In this document: positions 36,146-46,397 of the stretch, piece by piece
Layout: the number at the start of each line of letters is the position of its first letter
Position numbering within the stretch: the first letter of the stretch is position 1
NCBI GenBank assembly: GCA_023267215.1
Contig: JAHFNS010000002.1
Span: 256,892-320,891, forward strand
Length of the DNA: 64,000 bases
Reading direction: 5' to 3'
DNA from: Candidatus Nomurabacteria bacterium
GTDB lineage: Bacteria > Patescibacteriota > Minisyncoccia > Phycocordibacterales > UBA9973
The notes under the pieces: model-generated
Seen by the model: only the letters and a program-made list of their open reading frames with translations
Database searches by the model: none
Told to the model about the DNA's origin: nothing
Made by a program: the position numbers and the translations under genes

Positions 36146-36610
36146 ATGTCAAAAGAAAAAATAATTATTTATACAGATGGTGCGGCGAGAGGGAACCCAG
36201 GTCCTGCTGGTTGGGGAGCTATTTTAATTTTTGGAGAAAAGATACATGAAATGGGTGGAAGGAGCGACCATGCCACAAACAATCAGATGGAGCTCTCAGG
36301 TCCGATCGAGGCTTTAAAATATTTACATAAGAAAAAAATAGATATGCCTGTGGAGATTTTTTCTGATTCAAAATATGTGATATTGGGAATCACTGAATGG
36401 ATTTCGAATTGGCAAAAAAACAATTGGCGAAATGCAGCCAAGAAACCAGTTTTAAACAAAGAGCTCTGGGTGGAACTTTATATACTTACAGAACAATTCA
36501 AAATCAAATGGAATTATGTTGCCGGACACAATGGTGATAAATGGAACGAACGTGCTGACGAAATAGCCACAAACTTTGCCGACGATAACGAGATAGAACT
36601 TAAAAAATAA
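36146..36610 (+). CDS. rnhA: Ribonuclease HI
   Basis: IYTDGAARGNPGPAGWGAIL and the DEDD catalytic pattern. Confidence 0.85.
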   Translation: MSKEKIIIYTDGAARGNPGPAGWGAILIFGEKIHEMGGRSDHATNNQMELSGPIEALKYLHKKKIDMPVEIFSDSKYVILGITEWISNWQKNNWRNAAKKPVLNKELWVELYILTEQFKIKWNYVAGHNGDKWNERADEIATNFADDNEIELKK

Positions 36611-36614
36611 AATT

Positions 36615-37220
36615 ATGAATGAAAATATTTTTAAAAATCAACAGGCTAAGCAAGAAAGATTGTTAGTAAAAGTAGAACTTGCAAAACCAGAAAATTGGAA
36701 AGAGTGTAAAGAGTTAAGGTTGCTTGAGCTTACTGATGATACAGCAGAAATGTTTGCGGCTGGACCAAAACATCCAGAGAAGTTGGAAGAGGAACAAAAG
36801 AGAGGAGAAAAAGAATGGCGAGAAGATTTGTCTCCGGAAAATAAAAGTATGTTTTTTGTATTATCATGGCATAATTCTAATGCGGTAGGTTTGGGTCGTG
36901 CAATACAGAAGACAGAAGGAATTTGGCATATGGGTTGGGCTTATACAAAGAAAGAGTTTCGTAAAAAAGGTTTTGGAACAAAAAATTCTGCACGGCGTTT
37001 AAAAGAAATAATAGAACGACAGGGGAAAAAAGTTACAATTGCAGTAAAGGCTACAAATAAAGAATCTATTAGTATTGCTAAAAATTTTGGTTTTGAATCA
37101 GATGACAAAATTCCAACAAAACTTCAAAAAGTGTTCAAATACCGTGGCTATTATATGGAGCTAGATTTAACTAATCCAGAAGTAATTAAGAAAATTAATG
37201 ATGTTCTAAATGCAGGATAG
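36615..37220 (+). CDS. GNAT-family N-acetyltransferase (putative)
   Basis: RKKGFGTKNSARRL resembles the Q/RxxGxG acetyl-CoA motif. Confidence 0.45.
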   Translation: MNENIFKNQQAKQERLLVKVELAKPENWKECKELRLLELTDDTAEMFAAGPKHPEKLEEEQKRGEKEWREDLSPENKSMFFVLSWHNSNAVGLGRAIQKTEGIWHMGWAYTKKEFRKKGFGTKNSARRLKEIIERQGKKVTIAVKATNKESISIAKNFGFESDDKIPTKLQKVFKYRGYYMELDLTNPEVIKKINDVLNAG

Positions 37221-38688
37221 AATTTTTTACACTTCTTGTTTTGGCTTTATATTTGGGGTGCTGTTACGCTCTTTTATTCCTGTAAATTTTTATACTTCGA
37301 TTTTAGTTGGAGTAATTTCTATTGCAATCTTTCTATTTTATACTTTTATTTCAGTTAACAGGTGGGGAATACTCGTAGGGATTTTTATTTTGGCTATGTC
37401 TTTTGGCGTTTTTAGATTTAATAGTGTTGATGTTCCTGCACCTCAAATTTTTGAGTCTTCTGTCGGGCAAAAAGTTGTTTTGTCTGGGGAGATTATAGAT
37501 GAACCGAGTATCGGAGAAAATAATCAGAAATTAACTGTAGAAATTTTGGCTCCCAATAAAAGCAAAACGAAGATTTTGTTATCAACAAATTTTGACCAAG
37601 AATTTAAATATGGTGATGAAATAAGTTTTAAAGGTACTTTGAAAAAACCAGATAATTTTACAACAGATCAAAACAAAGAATTTGATTATGTAAATTATTT
37701 GAGAAAAGATGGGATTTTTTATGTGATGACTTATCCGAAAATTGAAATTGTTTCAGAAGGGAATGGGAATAAAATAAAAAGTGTACTGTTTTATGTTAAA
37801 GATATTTTTTTATCCAAAATGAATTTGGCTATCAGAGAGCCTGAATCATTGCTCATGGGAGGGCTAATTTTAGGAGAGAAATCTTCTTTTGACCAAGCTT
37901 TAAGGCAGAGCTTTGTAGATACCGGCACGATACATATTGTTGCACTTTCTGGTTACAATGTGACGATCGTGGCTAATTGGATTATGAAAATTTTAGGTTC
38001 TTTTCCAAAAAGTATAGCGATTGGAGCTGGAATAATTACTATTTTACTTTTTATTTTAATGACCGGTGGATCTTCGACTGCCATCAGAGCGGGAATAATG
38101 GCGAGTCTTGCTCTCTTTGCTCGTCTGATAGGTAGAAACTATGACGTTGGAAGAGCATTGATTCTTGCAGGTGTTTTGATGGTTTTATTAAATCCATTTA
38201 TTTTAGTTTTTGATGTTTCTTTCCAACTTTCTTTTATTGCCACTATTGCTGTCATTTTTTTAGCGCCTAAACTAGAGAAATATTTTTTATGGATCACAAA
38301 AAGTTTTGAATTAAGAGATATTATTTCTGTTACCTGCGCAGCATATATTTTTGTTTTACCTTTTATTGTTTACAAAATGGGTAATCTTTCACTCGTGGCG
38401 TTACCTGCCAACACTTTGATTTTACCTCTCATTCCATTTACAATGATTTTAGGTTTTTTGACTGGTTTTGTTGGCCTTGTTTCATACACTCTTTCTGTGC
38501 CGCTGGGTTTATTTTCTTATTTTTTTCTTCATTATGAACTTTCCGTTATAAGTTTTTTTTCCAATATTCCTTTTGCCTCATTAACCATCCCAAACTTCCC
38601 ATTGATTTTAACAATAGCAATTTATATATATTTTATTTATAGACTTTTTGGCAGAAGTATCAAAAATTTTATTACTGAGCCTTTTTAA
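37210..38688 (+). CDS. comEC: ComEC/Rec2 competence channel, N-terminal (DUF4131 plus competence) portion
   Basis: Multiple TM helices, the hallmark HIVALSGYNVTIV motif, and an OB-fold-like N-terminal domain. Confidence 0.75.
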   Translation: MQDRIFYTSCFGFIFGVLLRSFIPVNFYTSILVGVISIAIFLFYTFISVNRWGILVGIFILAMSFGVFRFNSVDVPAPQIFESSVGQKVVLSGEIIDEPSIGENNQKLTVEILAPNKSKTKILLSTNFDQEFKYGDEISFKGTLKKPDNFTTDQNKEFDYVNYLRKDGIFYVMTYPKIEIVSEGNGNKIKSVLFYVKDIFLSKMNLAIREPESLLMGGLILGEKSSFDQALRQSFVDTGTIHIVALSGYNVTIVANWIMKILGSFPKSIAIGAGIITILLFILMTGGSSTAIRAGIMASLALFARLIGRNYDVGRALILAGVLMVLLNPFILVFDVSFQLSFIATIAVIFLAPKLEKYFLWITKSFELRDIISVTCAAYIFVLPFIVYKMGNLSLVALPANTLILPLIPFTMILGFLTGFVGLVSYTLSVPLGLFSYFFLHYELSVISFFSNIPFASLTIPNFPLILTIAIYIYFIYRLFGRSIKNFITEPF

Positions 38689-38741
38689 AATTCTCTTCAA
38701 CAACTTCCTCCACCGACGCTAGGGCTTTGGCGGACAGGCAA

Positions 38742-39338
38742 TTAAGATATTGACTCAACAAAGTTTTGTTCTATTTGTTCCCAGTTAATATTATCGAAGT
38801 AAGCTTCAATGTATTTTTTCTTTTCAGAGGTTGGGTAATCATAGATAAAAGCATGTTCCCACATATCAATACCGAGAATCCAATTTAAACCATTGAGTTG
38901 CCCCAAGTGTTGTTCATCCACCCAAGTAGCGACTAATTGTTCTGTCTTTTTATCCCAATACAATACTGCCCAACCTATGCCACGAGTCATAGCCAGAGCT
39001 TTGAAAGCAGTAAGCCAAATATCAAAAGAGGAGACCAGTTTTTCTATTGCTTTTTTGAATTGAGAATCAAATGGCAATGGTTTTGCTCCACCTTCCAAGG
39101 ATTCAAAATAATATTCATGGTTTCTCATTCCGTTGAATTCAAAGCCGAATCTTCTTTGCAATTCTCCTATGACGTAAGCATTTTTTTCAGCATCAGCCAT
39201 ATATTCTCCCATTTTCTCCCAAATTAAATTGGTGTGTTTCACATAGCCTGCATAAAGTTTCAAATGCTCTTCGATTGTTTTAGCCGATATTCCTTTTAAT
39301 TCGCCAATATTAAATTTTTTTTCTTCAAATTTTTGCAT
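38742..39338 (-). CDS. sodA: Fe/Mn superoxide dismutase family protein (somewhat divergent N-terminus)
   Basis: C-terminal GWAVLYWDKKTEQLV..LGIDMWEHAFIYDY..NINWEQIE matches the SOD GWAWL...LGLDVWEHAYY...VNW motif. The N-terminal H..YV..TN partially matches. Confidence 0.7.
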   Translation of the reverse strand: MQKFEEKKFNIGELKGISAKTIEEHLKLYAGYVKHTNLIWEKMGEYMADAEKNAYVIGELQRRFGFEFNGMRNHEYYFESLEGGAKPLPFDSQFKKAIEKLVSSFDIWLTAFKALAMTRGIGWAVLYWDKKTEQLVATWVDEQHLGQLNGLNWILGIDMWEHAFIYDYPTSEKKKYIEAYFDNINWEQIEQNFVESIS

Positions 39339-39418
39339 ATTTTTTTGTGTTACTAATAAAAGAGGAAATTTATTAGATTAAATTATAATAGAGAAGATGA
39401 TCGTGTTAATATTATAGC

Positions 39419-40288
39419 ATGTTTAAGGAATACAAGAAATACTGGCTATTTTTCTTTGCCTGGTTACTTTTAATGGCAAATATTTTATTTTTTTACATTG
39501 ATTGGCAAGATTCACATAAAGGTTTTACTTTTGCAATGTTAGATGTAGGACAGGGTGACTCTCTTTTTATAGAATCTCCAACAGGTACACAAATATTAGT
39601 TGATGGTGGACCACCTAAAAAGATTTTAAATCAACTTTCTCGTGTAATGTCTCCTTTTGATCGCAAACTAGATGCATTTATTATTACTAACCCAGATGCA
39701 GATCATATTAGTGGGTTTTTAGATGTTTTGAAAACTTACAAAGTAGATAAAATATTTGAATCGGGGGCACTGACAGATTCCAAAACATATCAAAATTTAA
39801 AAAGTGAATTAGAAAAAAATAATGTTCAAAGTGTTTTAGCAAAAAGAGGGATGAAGTTGTATTTGGGTGGCGGAGTTGTGATAGATATTTTATTTCCTGA
39901 CCGAGACGTGTCATCTTGGGCAACGAATGACGGATCAATTGTAGCGAGACTTTCTTATGGTAATACTTCTATAATGCTTACAGGAGATGCAACTACCAAA
40001 ACAGAAAAAATAATTTTAGCAGAAAATAAAACAGCACTATTAAATAGTACTATTTTAAAGGTGGGACACCATGGTTCACGCACCTCTTCTTCCTTAGAGT
40101 TTACAAAAGCTATTGCTCCCATATATGCACTTATTTCAGATGGTAAAGATAACAAATATGGTCATCCACATCAAGAAACATTAAATATGCTCACTTCTTT
40201 AGGTGCACAAGTATTTCGAACTGATCTTTTAGGTACAATAGTTATGAAATCTGATGGTATAAATTCGAGGTTTTATTTTCAAAAGTAA
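39419..40288 (+). CDS. MBL-fold metallo-hydrolase corresponding to the ComEC C-terminal lactamase-B domain, encoded as a separate ORF with its own TM helix
   Basis: FAMLDVGQGDSLFIESPTGTQILVDGG, ITNPDADHISG and KVGHHGSRTSSS motifs. Confidence 0.7.
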   Translation: MFKEYKKYWLFFFAWLLLMANILFFYIDWQDSHKGFTFAMLDVGQGDSLFIESPTGTQILVDGGPPKKILNQLSRVMSPFDRKLDAFIITNPDADHISGFLDVLKTYKVDKIFESGALTDSKTYQNLKSELEKNNVQSVLAKRGMKLYLGGGVVIDILFPDRDVSSWATNDGSIVARLSYGNTSIMLTGDATTKTEKIILAENKTALLNSTILKVGHHGSRTSSSLEFTKAIAPIYALISDGKDNKYGHPHQETLNMLTSLGAQVFRTDLLGTIVMKSDGINSRFYFQK

Positions 40289-40375
40289 AAATGATACAAT
40301 GAAAATACTTGTCCCGTTAGAAATTCAATAGACGGGGAAGATGGTCATATTATTAAAGTTAAAATTTCTAATGAG

Positions 40376-41620
40376 ATGAAAGACAAACAAATAGAGAAAT
40401 TAATAAAAGGAGAAGAAAAAAGACAAGCCGAAGGGTTGGAACTTATTCCTTCCGAGAATTATGTCTCAGAAGATGTTTTAAAGGCAAACGGTTCTGTATT
40501 TACTAACAAATATTCAGAAGGTTATCCAGGACGCAGATATTATGGCGGACAAGACTTTACCGATCAAGTAGAACGTTTAGCCATAGAACGTGTCTGTAAA
40601 TTATTTAAATGTAAATTTGCAAATGTACAACCGCATTCAGGAGCACCAGCCAACCTAGCCGTGTATTCTGCTCTTTTGAGCCCTGGTGATGTCGTGCTCG
40701 GTATGGATCTTTCTCATGGGGGACATTTGACTCATGGACATCCGATGACATTGCCTGCGAAGATTTATAAATTTGTCACATACAAAATGAAAAATCCTGA
40801 TACAGGGGAAATAGACTACGAAGATCTTCGTCGTGTTGCAAAAGAATTTAAACCGAAAATAATTTTGGCTGGTTTTTCTGCATATTCTCGCGCTCTTAAT
40901 TATAAAAAGTTTGTAGAGATTGCACACGAAGTCGGAGCCGTCACTATGGCAGACATGGCACACATCGCTGGGCTCATTGCGGCTGGCGTTCTTCGTAACC
41001 CATTTGATGATGGTTTTGATATTATCACTTCAACTACTCATAAAACTTTGAGAGGTCCTCGTGGAGGTATAATTCTCACCAGAGAGAATGAAGAAATTGC
41101 GAAAAAAATTGATAAAGCTATTTTCCCAGGTATACAAGGTGGTCCTCATATGCATACGATAGCCGCGAAGGCAGTCGCTTTCGGTGAAGCAATGACACCT
41201 AAATATAAAAAATATGCCGGACAGATTTTGAAAAATGCAAAAGCAATGGAATCTGTTTTTCATAAAAACAATATACGAATGATAGGAGGTGGTACTGATA
41301 ATCACCTTATTTTGGCTGATGTTTTCGGCTCTTTAGGAGTGACAGGTAAAGAAGCACAAACAGTTCTTGATGAAGTGGGCATTACCTTAAATATGAATGC
41401 TATTGCAGAGGATACAAGAAAGCCCATGGATCCATCTGGTATTCGTTTTGGTACTCCAGCTATCACCACAAGAGGATTTAAAGAAAAAGAATGTAAATAT
41501 GTTGCGGAACTTATGATAAAAGTTTTGAAGAATAAAGATAATAAAAAAATAAAAGAATCTATACATAAAGAAATAAAAAAACTTGCTAAAAAATTCCCAA
41601 TACCAAAGAAGTTTGTATAA
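40376..41620 (+). CDS. glyA: Serine hydroxymethyltransferase
   Basis: PLP-Lys motif TSTTHKTLRGPRGG and the conserved N-terminus. Confidence 0.9.
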   Translation: MKDKQIEKLIKGEEKRQAEGLELIPSENYVSEDVLKANGSVFTNKYSEGYPGRRYYGGQDFTDQVERLAIERVCKLFKCKFANVQPHSGAPANLAVYSALLSPGDVVLGMDLSHGGHLTHGHPMTLPAKIYKFVTYKMKNPDTGEIDYEDLRRVAKEFKPKIILAGFSAYSRALNYKKFVEIAHEVGAVTMADMAHIAGLIAAGVLRNPFDDGFDIITSTTHKTLRGPRGGIILTRENEEIAKKIDKAIFPGIQGGPHMHTIAAKAVAFGEAMTPKYKKYAGQILKNAKAMESVFHKNNIRMIGGGTDNHLILADVFGSLGVTGKEAQTVLDEVGITLNMNAIAEDTRKPMDPSGIRFGTPAITTRGFKEKECKYVAELMIKVLKNKDNKKIKESIHKEIKKLAKKFPIPKKFV

Positions 41621-41632
41621 AAAAATAATAAA

Positions 41633-42040
41633 ATGGAACTACAAGTTGGTGTAAAAATTTTACTAAAAAATAAAGATGATAAATATCTTGTACTTTTTCG
41701 TTCCTTCAAAAGTAATCCCAAACCTCATAGAGAATATTGGGATATGCCTGGGGGGAGGATAAACACTGGCTCCTCTTTGATAGAAAATTTAAAAAGGGAA
41801 GTTATGGAAGAAACAGGGCTTGAGATTGAAGGTGAACCAGAATTAATTACTGCTCAAGATATTATGAAAGAACAACACGTCGTTCGTTTAGTTTATATTG
41901 GTTTTGGAAATGGAGAAGTAAAATTAAGCGAAGAACATTCCGAGTATAAATGGTTATCTTTTGAAGAACTTTCAAAATTAGAACCAATTGATTCTTATTT
42001 AAAGAAAATTTTAATATCCTTTTATAAAATATTAGAATAA
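41633..42040 (+). CDS. NUDIX hydrolase
   Basis: Nudix box GGRINTGSSLIENLKREVMEETGLE. Confidence 0.6.
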   Translation: MELQVGVKILLKNKDDKYLVLFRSFKSNPKPHREYWDMPGGRINTGSSLIENLKREVMEETGLEIEGEPELITAQDIMKEQHVVRLVYIGFGNGEVKLSEEHSEYKWLSFEELSKLEPIDSYLKKILISFYKILE

Positions 42041-42044
42041 TAAT

Positions 42045-42518
42045 ATGCCACACATTCACGAAAAAGTTGATTTTACAGTAGAAGTATTTATTGTCTATAA
42101 AGATAAAGTACTTCTACGCATGCACGATAAATTTAATACATGGCTTTCTATTGGAGGACATATAGAACTCGATGAAAACCCTGTCGAAGCTGCTATTCGT
42201 GAAGTTAGAGAAGAGGTTGGGCTTGAAATAGAACTTATTGGACCTAAGTTACCTACACCAGATGAAACTGATGGTGTAGATTATAGACATATTGTTGGTC
42301 CAAGATATATTGGGGAACATCATGTAAATAATGTTCATAGACATATAATACTTGTATACTTTGCTAAAGCTAAAAATGATATAGTTTCTGAATCAATAAT
42401 GGAACATGAACGAACTGAAACTCGTTGGGTGACAAAGGAGGAATTAAAAAATATGAAATTATTTCCTAATGTTTTGTCTTATGCAGAAGAAGCTCTAGAA
42501 GAATTGGGAGAAAAATAA
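42045..42518 (+). CDS. NUDIX hydrolase
   Basis: Nudix box GGHIELDENPVEAAIREVREEVGLE. Confidence 0.6.
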   Translation: MPHIHEKVDFTVEVFIVYKDKVLLRMHDKFNTWLSIGGHIELDENPVEAAIREVREEVGLEIELIGPKLPTPDETDGVDYRHIVGPRYIGEHHVNNVHRHIILVYFAKAKNDIVSESIMEHERTETRWVTKEELKNMKLFPNVLSYAEEALEELGEK

Positions 42519-42521
42519 TTT

Positions 42522-42860
42522 ATGAATTTAATAAATAAAATAATAAATATTGTTTTGAATATAATCCCAATTCTTATAATGATTTGGTTGATTCCTGTTA
42601 TTAAAGATGATTACTTACTTACTGTTGTGTATGTAGGTATTATTTTATTTTGTTTATTTATTAAAAAAGAAAGAGGAGACGTTTTTATATTTATTTTTGG
42701 ATTTTTTGCGATGATTTTATCTGAAATGATTTTTGTTAGTACTGGTGTTGAGACTTTTGTAAGAAATACCTTATTTGGGTTAATGCCATTATGGCTTCCG
42801 TTCCTTTGGGGCTATGGATTTGTGGTGATTAAAAGGGTATTAAAAATTTTAGAGATTTAG
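42522..42860 (+). CDS. Hypothetical small membrane protein
   Basis: Three predicted TM helices. Confidence 0.35.
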   Translation: MNLINKIINIVLNIIPILIMIWLIPVIKDDYLLTVVYVGIILFCLFIKKERGDVFIFIFGFFAMILSEMIFVSTGVETFVRNTLFGLMPLWLPFLWGYGFVVIKRVLKILEI

Positions 42861-42861
42861 T

Positions 42862-43449
42862 ATGGAAAACAAAATTGCTATTGATATAGTTTTACTTTTA
42901 TCAAATGAGACAAACGATATCATTTGTGATTTCAGCAAAAAAATAGTTACTCCAAAAGATTTAAAGCCATATGTGTTGGATAATATAAATTATATTCCAC
43001 ACATTTCTCTTTTAATGGGGGTTGTGACAAGCGACAAACTAAATTTAGTCAAAGAAAAAATTAAACCAATTTTAAATAAATATTTACCACTCGAAATAAC
43101 TTTTGACGGTTTAATAAAAAACAAATTTCCAGGACTTGAGATTAAAAAGACAAAAGAATTAGTTAATTTACAAAAAGACATAGCAGAAGCTATTCATTTA
43201 GATTATGATGCAACGAGAGATATGTTTTTTGATGCTGATATTTCAGATCAGGGGATAGAATGGATAAATAAATTTAGAGAAAATAATATTAATGACGGGA
43301 AATATAATATTCATATTACTCTTGGGTTAGGAGATATTGGTTCTTTAGACTTTAACTTACCTATTAAAACTACTATTAACACAGCAGCTGTTTGTCATAT
43401 TGGATATGGTTGTTCTTGTAGAAAAATTTTAGCTAAAATAGTTGTTTAA
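42862..43449 (+). CDS. 2H-phosphoesterase / LigT-like (2'-5' RNA ligase family) protein
   Basis: Two H-x-S/T-x motifs (PHISLL and HITLG). Confidence 0.5.
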   Translation: MENKIAIDIVLLLSNETNDIICDFSKKIVTPKDLKPYVLDNINYIPHISLLMGVVTSDKLNLVKEKIKPILNKYLPLEITFDGLIKNKFPGLEIKKTKELVNLQKDIAEAIHLDYDATRDMFFDADISDQGIEWINKFRENNINDGKYNIHITLGLGDIGSLDFNLPIKTTINTAAVCHIGYGCSCRKILAKIVV

Positions 43450-43489
43450 GGAATTTTCAATTTAACTAAATTTCTGCTATATTTTCTAT

Positions 43490-44188
43490 ATGGCAAAAAA
43501 ATACAAAGGGAGACTAATCGTTATAGATGGCACAGACGGGAGTGGGAAGGCAACGCAGGTTGCTCTTTTAGCAAAGAAATTAAAGAAAGAAGGTAAAACG
43601 GTTAAAATTGTTGATTTTCCTGATTATTATTCTAACTTTTTTGGTAAATTTATTGGCCATTGTTTAACCGAGCAATATTATAATTTTGTTAAGGTTCATC
43701 CGAAAATAGCTTCAGTACTTTATGCCGCAGATCGTTTTGAGTCAAAAGAAAAAATAGAAGTTTGGCTTAAAAAAGGTTATATAATCATTGCAAATAGATA
43801 TGTTAGTGCAAACCAGATTCATCAAGGAGGCAAAATTGAAAACGTTAGGAAGCGACAAGTTTTTATAAAATGGTTGGATGAAATGGAATATGGTGTTTTT
43901 AAAATTCCGAGACCAGATGTAGTTTTTTACTTAAATCTTCCTTTGCCTTTCATCCTAAATTTGATAAAAGAACGTAATGAAAATAGTAAACGTTCATATG
44001 TGGGAAAAAAGAAAGATATTGTTGAAGGAGATATTGAATATCTGACGAATTCAAATAAGAGCGGTCTTTGGCTCGCAAAAACCCAGCCAGAGTTTATGAA
44101 AGTAGAATGTGTTTCAAAAAATGTTATACGTTCACGAGAAAATATTCACGAAGAAGTTTATAAAAAGGTAAAAAAAGTTTTAAGATAA
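43490..44188 (+). CDS. tmk: Thymidylate kinase-like P-loop kinase
   Basis: LIVIDGTDGSGKATQ P-loop. Confidence 0.65.
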   Translation: MAKKYKGRLIVIDGTDGSGKATQVALLAKKLKKEGKTVKIVDFPDYYSNFFGKFIGHCLTEQYYNFVKVHPKIASVLYAADRFESKEKIEVWLKKGYIIIANRYVSANQIHQGGKIENVRKRQVFIKWLDEMEYGVFKIPRPDVVFYLNLPLPFILNLIKERNENSKRSYVGKKKDIVEGDIEYLTNSNKSGLWLAKTQPEFMKVECVSKNVIRSRENIHEEVYKKVKKVLR

Positions 44189-44192
44189 AATC

Positions 44193-44618
44193 ATGCAATT
44201 AAAAGCTAAAAAATTAAATAAAGATGCGAAATTACCTACTCATGGTCATCCTGGGGATGCAAGTATTGATTTTTATTCTATAGACAAGGTAGTTTTCCCG
44301 CCTTTTGGCCAGCAAAGAGTTCCGACTGGTGTAGCCGTAGAAATTCCAGAAGGACACGTAGGTCTGATATGGGATAAATCAAGTATTTCTTTTAATTTTG
44401 GATTGAAAGTTATGGGAGGTGTCATAGATGCTGGTTTTAGAGGAGAATTAGTTATGAATCTTTTTAATACTAGAAATGAAGAAGTTGTATTAGAAAAAGG
44501 ACAGAAAGTCGCTCAAATGCTCATACAAAAATTTGAACACTGTGATATTCTTGAAGTAGACGAACTTTCAGAAACTGTAAGAGGAGAAGGCCGCGAAGGT
44601 TCAACTGGACTTTTTTAG
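44193..44618 (+). CDS. dut: dUTP diphosphatase
   Basis: dUTPase motifs (GLIWDKSSIS; GVIDAGFRGEL). Confidence 0.85.
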   Translation: MQLKAKKLNKDAKLPTHGHPGDASIDFYSIDKVVFPPFGQQRVPTGVAVEIPEGHVGLIWDKSSISFNFGLKVMGGVIDAGFRGELVMNLFNTRNEEVVLEKGQKVAQMLIQKFEHCDILEVDELSETVRGEGREGSTGLF

Positions 44619-44625
44619 TATAGAT

Positions 44626-46365
44626 ATGAAAGAAAAAATAGAAAATTTAATAAAAGAAACACTAGAGAAACTGGATATTGAATACGGAAGTATTTCCCTT
44701 GAGCATCCAGCAGATTTGAAAATGGGAGATTATTCGACGAATGTGGCAATGACTCTCGCTAAGAATCTGAAGATGAATCCGAAAGATTTGGCAGATAAGA
44801 TAGTAGATTCTCTAAAGCAGGGCTTTAAAAATTCCCCAAAGCCCAGCTTTTTGGAAAAAATAGAAGCGAAAAATGGTTTTGTTAATTTTTATTTATCTCA
44901 GGAATTTTTTGTTGATTCTGTAAAAGAAATTTTAGAAAATAAAAATTTTGGACATAATAATTTTTTTATAAATAAAAAGGTAATGGTTGAATACACAGAC
45001 CCTAATCCTTTTAAACCTTTTCATATTGGGCATCTAATGACTAATGCAATAGGGGAATCTGTCTCACGAATCGTTGAATTTTCTGGAGCAAAAGCAATTC
45101 GCGCGAATTATCAAGGAGACGTTGGCCCACATGTAGCGAAAGCTATCTATGGCCTTTTGAAATTTAGTATGCCCGATGAAAATAAATCTATTCCCGAGAA
45201 GGCACGATATATAGGTGAGCTTTATGCAAAGGGTAGTGATGCTTATGAGACTGATGAAAATTCAAAAAAGGAAATAGATGATATAAATCAAAAAATTTAT
45301 GATAGAAGTGACGAAAGAATAAATGAGATTTATGATTGGGGAAGGAGAGTGACGCTTGAAGCATTTGAAGAAATTTATAAAATTCTTGGAACAAACTTTA
45401 ATTATTATTTTTTTGAAAGCCTTGTCGCCCCTATCGGAGAAAAAATAGTTAATGAAAACCTAAATAAAATTTTTGAAAAATCAGAAGGAGCAATAGTATT
45501 TAAAGCAGAAAAATATGACCCGAAACTTCACACCAGAGTTTTCATAAATTCCAAAGGACTTCCCACTTATGAGACTAAAGAATTGGGACTTTCCAAAGTG
45601 AAGTTTGAAAAAGAAAATCCTGACATCTCTATAGTGGTTACAGCTAATGAGCAGGGAGAGTATATGAAAGTAGTAGAACAGGCTCTTAAATTAATTAGTC
45701 CTTTATATGCTTCCAAAATGAAACATATTACTCACGGCATGATGCGTCTTGCTTCTGGCAAGATGTCTTCACGAAAAGGAAATGTGATTACTGGAGAATC
45801 TTTGTTGTTAGAATCTTGTGAGCAAATTTTAGAAAAGATAAAAGATAGGAATTTTACAGAAGAAGAAAAGAAACAAGTGAGTGAAGAAGTTGGGGTTGCT
45901 GCTCTCAAATATTCTATTCTAAAGCAAAATATTGGTGGAGATATTATTTATGATGCAGAAAAATCTATTTCTTTTGAAGGAGATTCTGGTCCATACTTAC
46001 AGTACTCATATGCACGAGCAAATTCTATTTTGGAAAAAGCAAAATTAGAAAATATTTTACCTGGATTTTTATTCTCAAAGTCGGGCTTTGAAGATTTAAA
46101 AAAGCCTGACTTTTGGGATATAGAAAAATTATTGTATAGATTCCCAGAAATTGTATATAGGTCGGGAGAAGAATTTGAGCCCCATTACATTGCAAATTAT
46201 TTGATAGAAATCGCTCGTGCATTTAATACCTATTATGGTAATACAAAAATAATAGATAAGAATGATCCAGAGTCTCCATATAAAATAGCTCTCACCTTGG
46301 CTTTCTCTTTGGTTATGAAAAATGGACTTTATCTTCTAGGTATAAAAGTCCCAGAAAGGATGTAG
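44626..46365 (+). CDS. argS: Arginine--tRNA ligase
   Basis: HIGH variant PFHIGHLMTN and an anticodon-binding C-terminus. Confidence 0.85.
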   Translation: MKEKIENLIKETLEKLDIEYGSISLEHPADLKMGDYSTNVAMTLAKNLKMNPKDLADKIVDSLKQGFKNSPKPSFLEKIEAKNGFVNFYLSQEFFVDSVKEILENKNFGHNNFFINKKVMVEYTDPNPFKPFHIGHLMTNAIGESVSRIVEFSGAKAIRANYQGDVGPHVAKAIYGLLKFSMPDENKSIPEKARYIGELYAKGSDAYETDENSKKEIDDINQKIYDRSDERINEIYDWGRRVTLEAFEEIYKILGTNFNYYFFESLVAPIGEKIVNENLNKIFEKSEGAIVFKAEKYDPKLHTRVFINSKGLPTYETKELGLSKVKFEKENPDISIVVTANEQGEYMKVVEQALKLISPLYASKMKHITHGMMRLASGKMSSRKGNVITGESLLLESCEQILEKIKDRNFTEEEKKQVSEEVGVAALKYSILKQNIGGDIIYDAEKSISFEGDSGPYLQYSYARANSILEKAKLENILPGFLFSKSGFEDLKKPDFWDIEKLLYRFPEIVYRSGEEFEPHYIANYLIEIARAFNTYYGNTKIIDKNDPESPYKIALTLAFSLVMKNGLYLLGIKVPERM

Positions 46366-46397
46366 AAAAAAAAGGTTTTTTCTGCTAATATCTTAAT

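Noticed and set aside
38742-39338. Calling the SOD gene a pseudogene because the N-terminal HHxKHH motif is imperfect
   Set aside because: The ORF is intact and the C-terminal metal-binding D.WEH motif and surrounding residues are well conserved. A divergent N-terminus is more parsimonious than decay.
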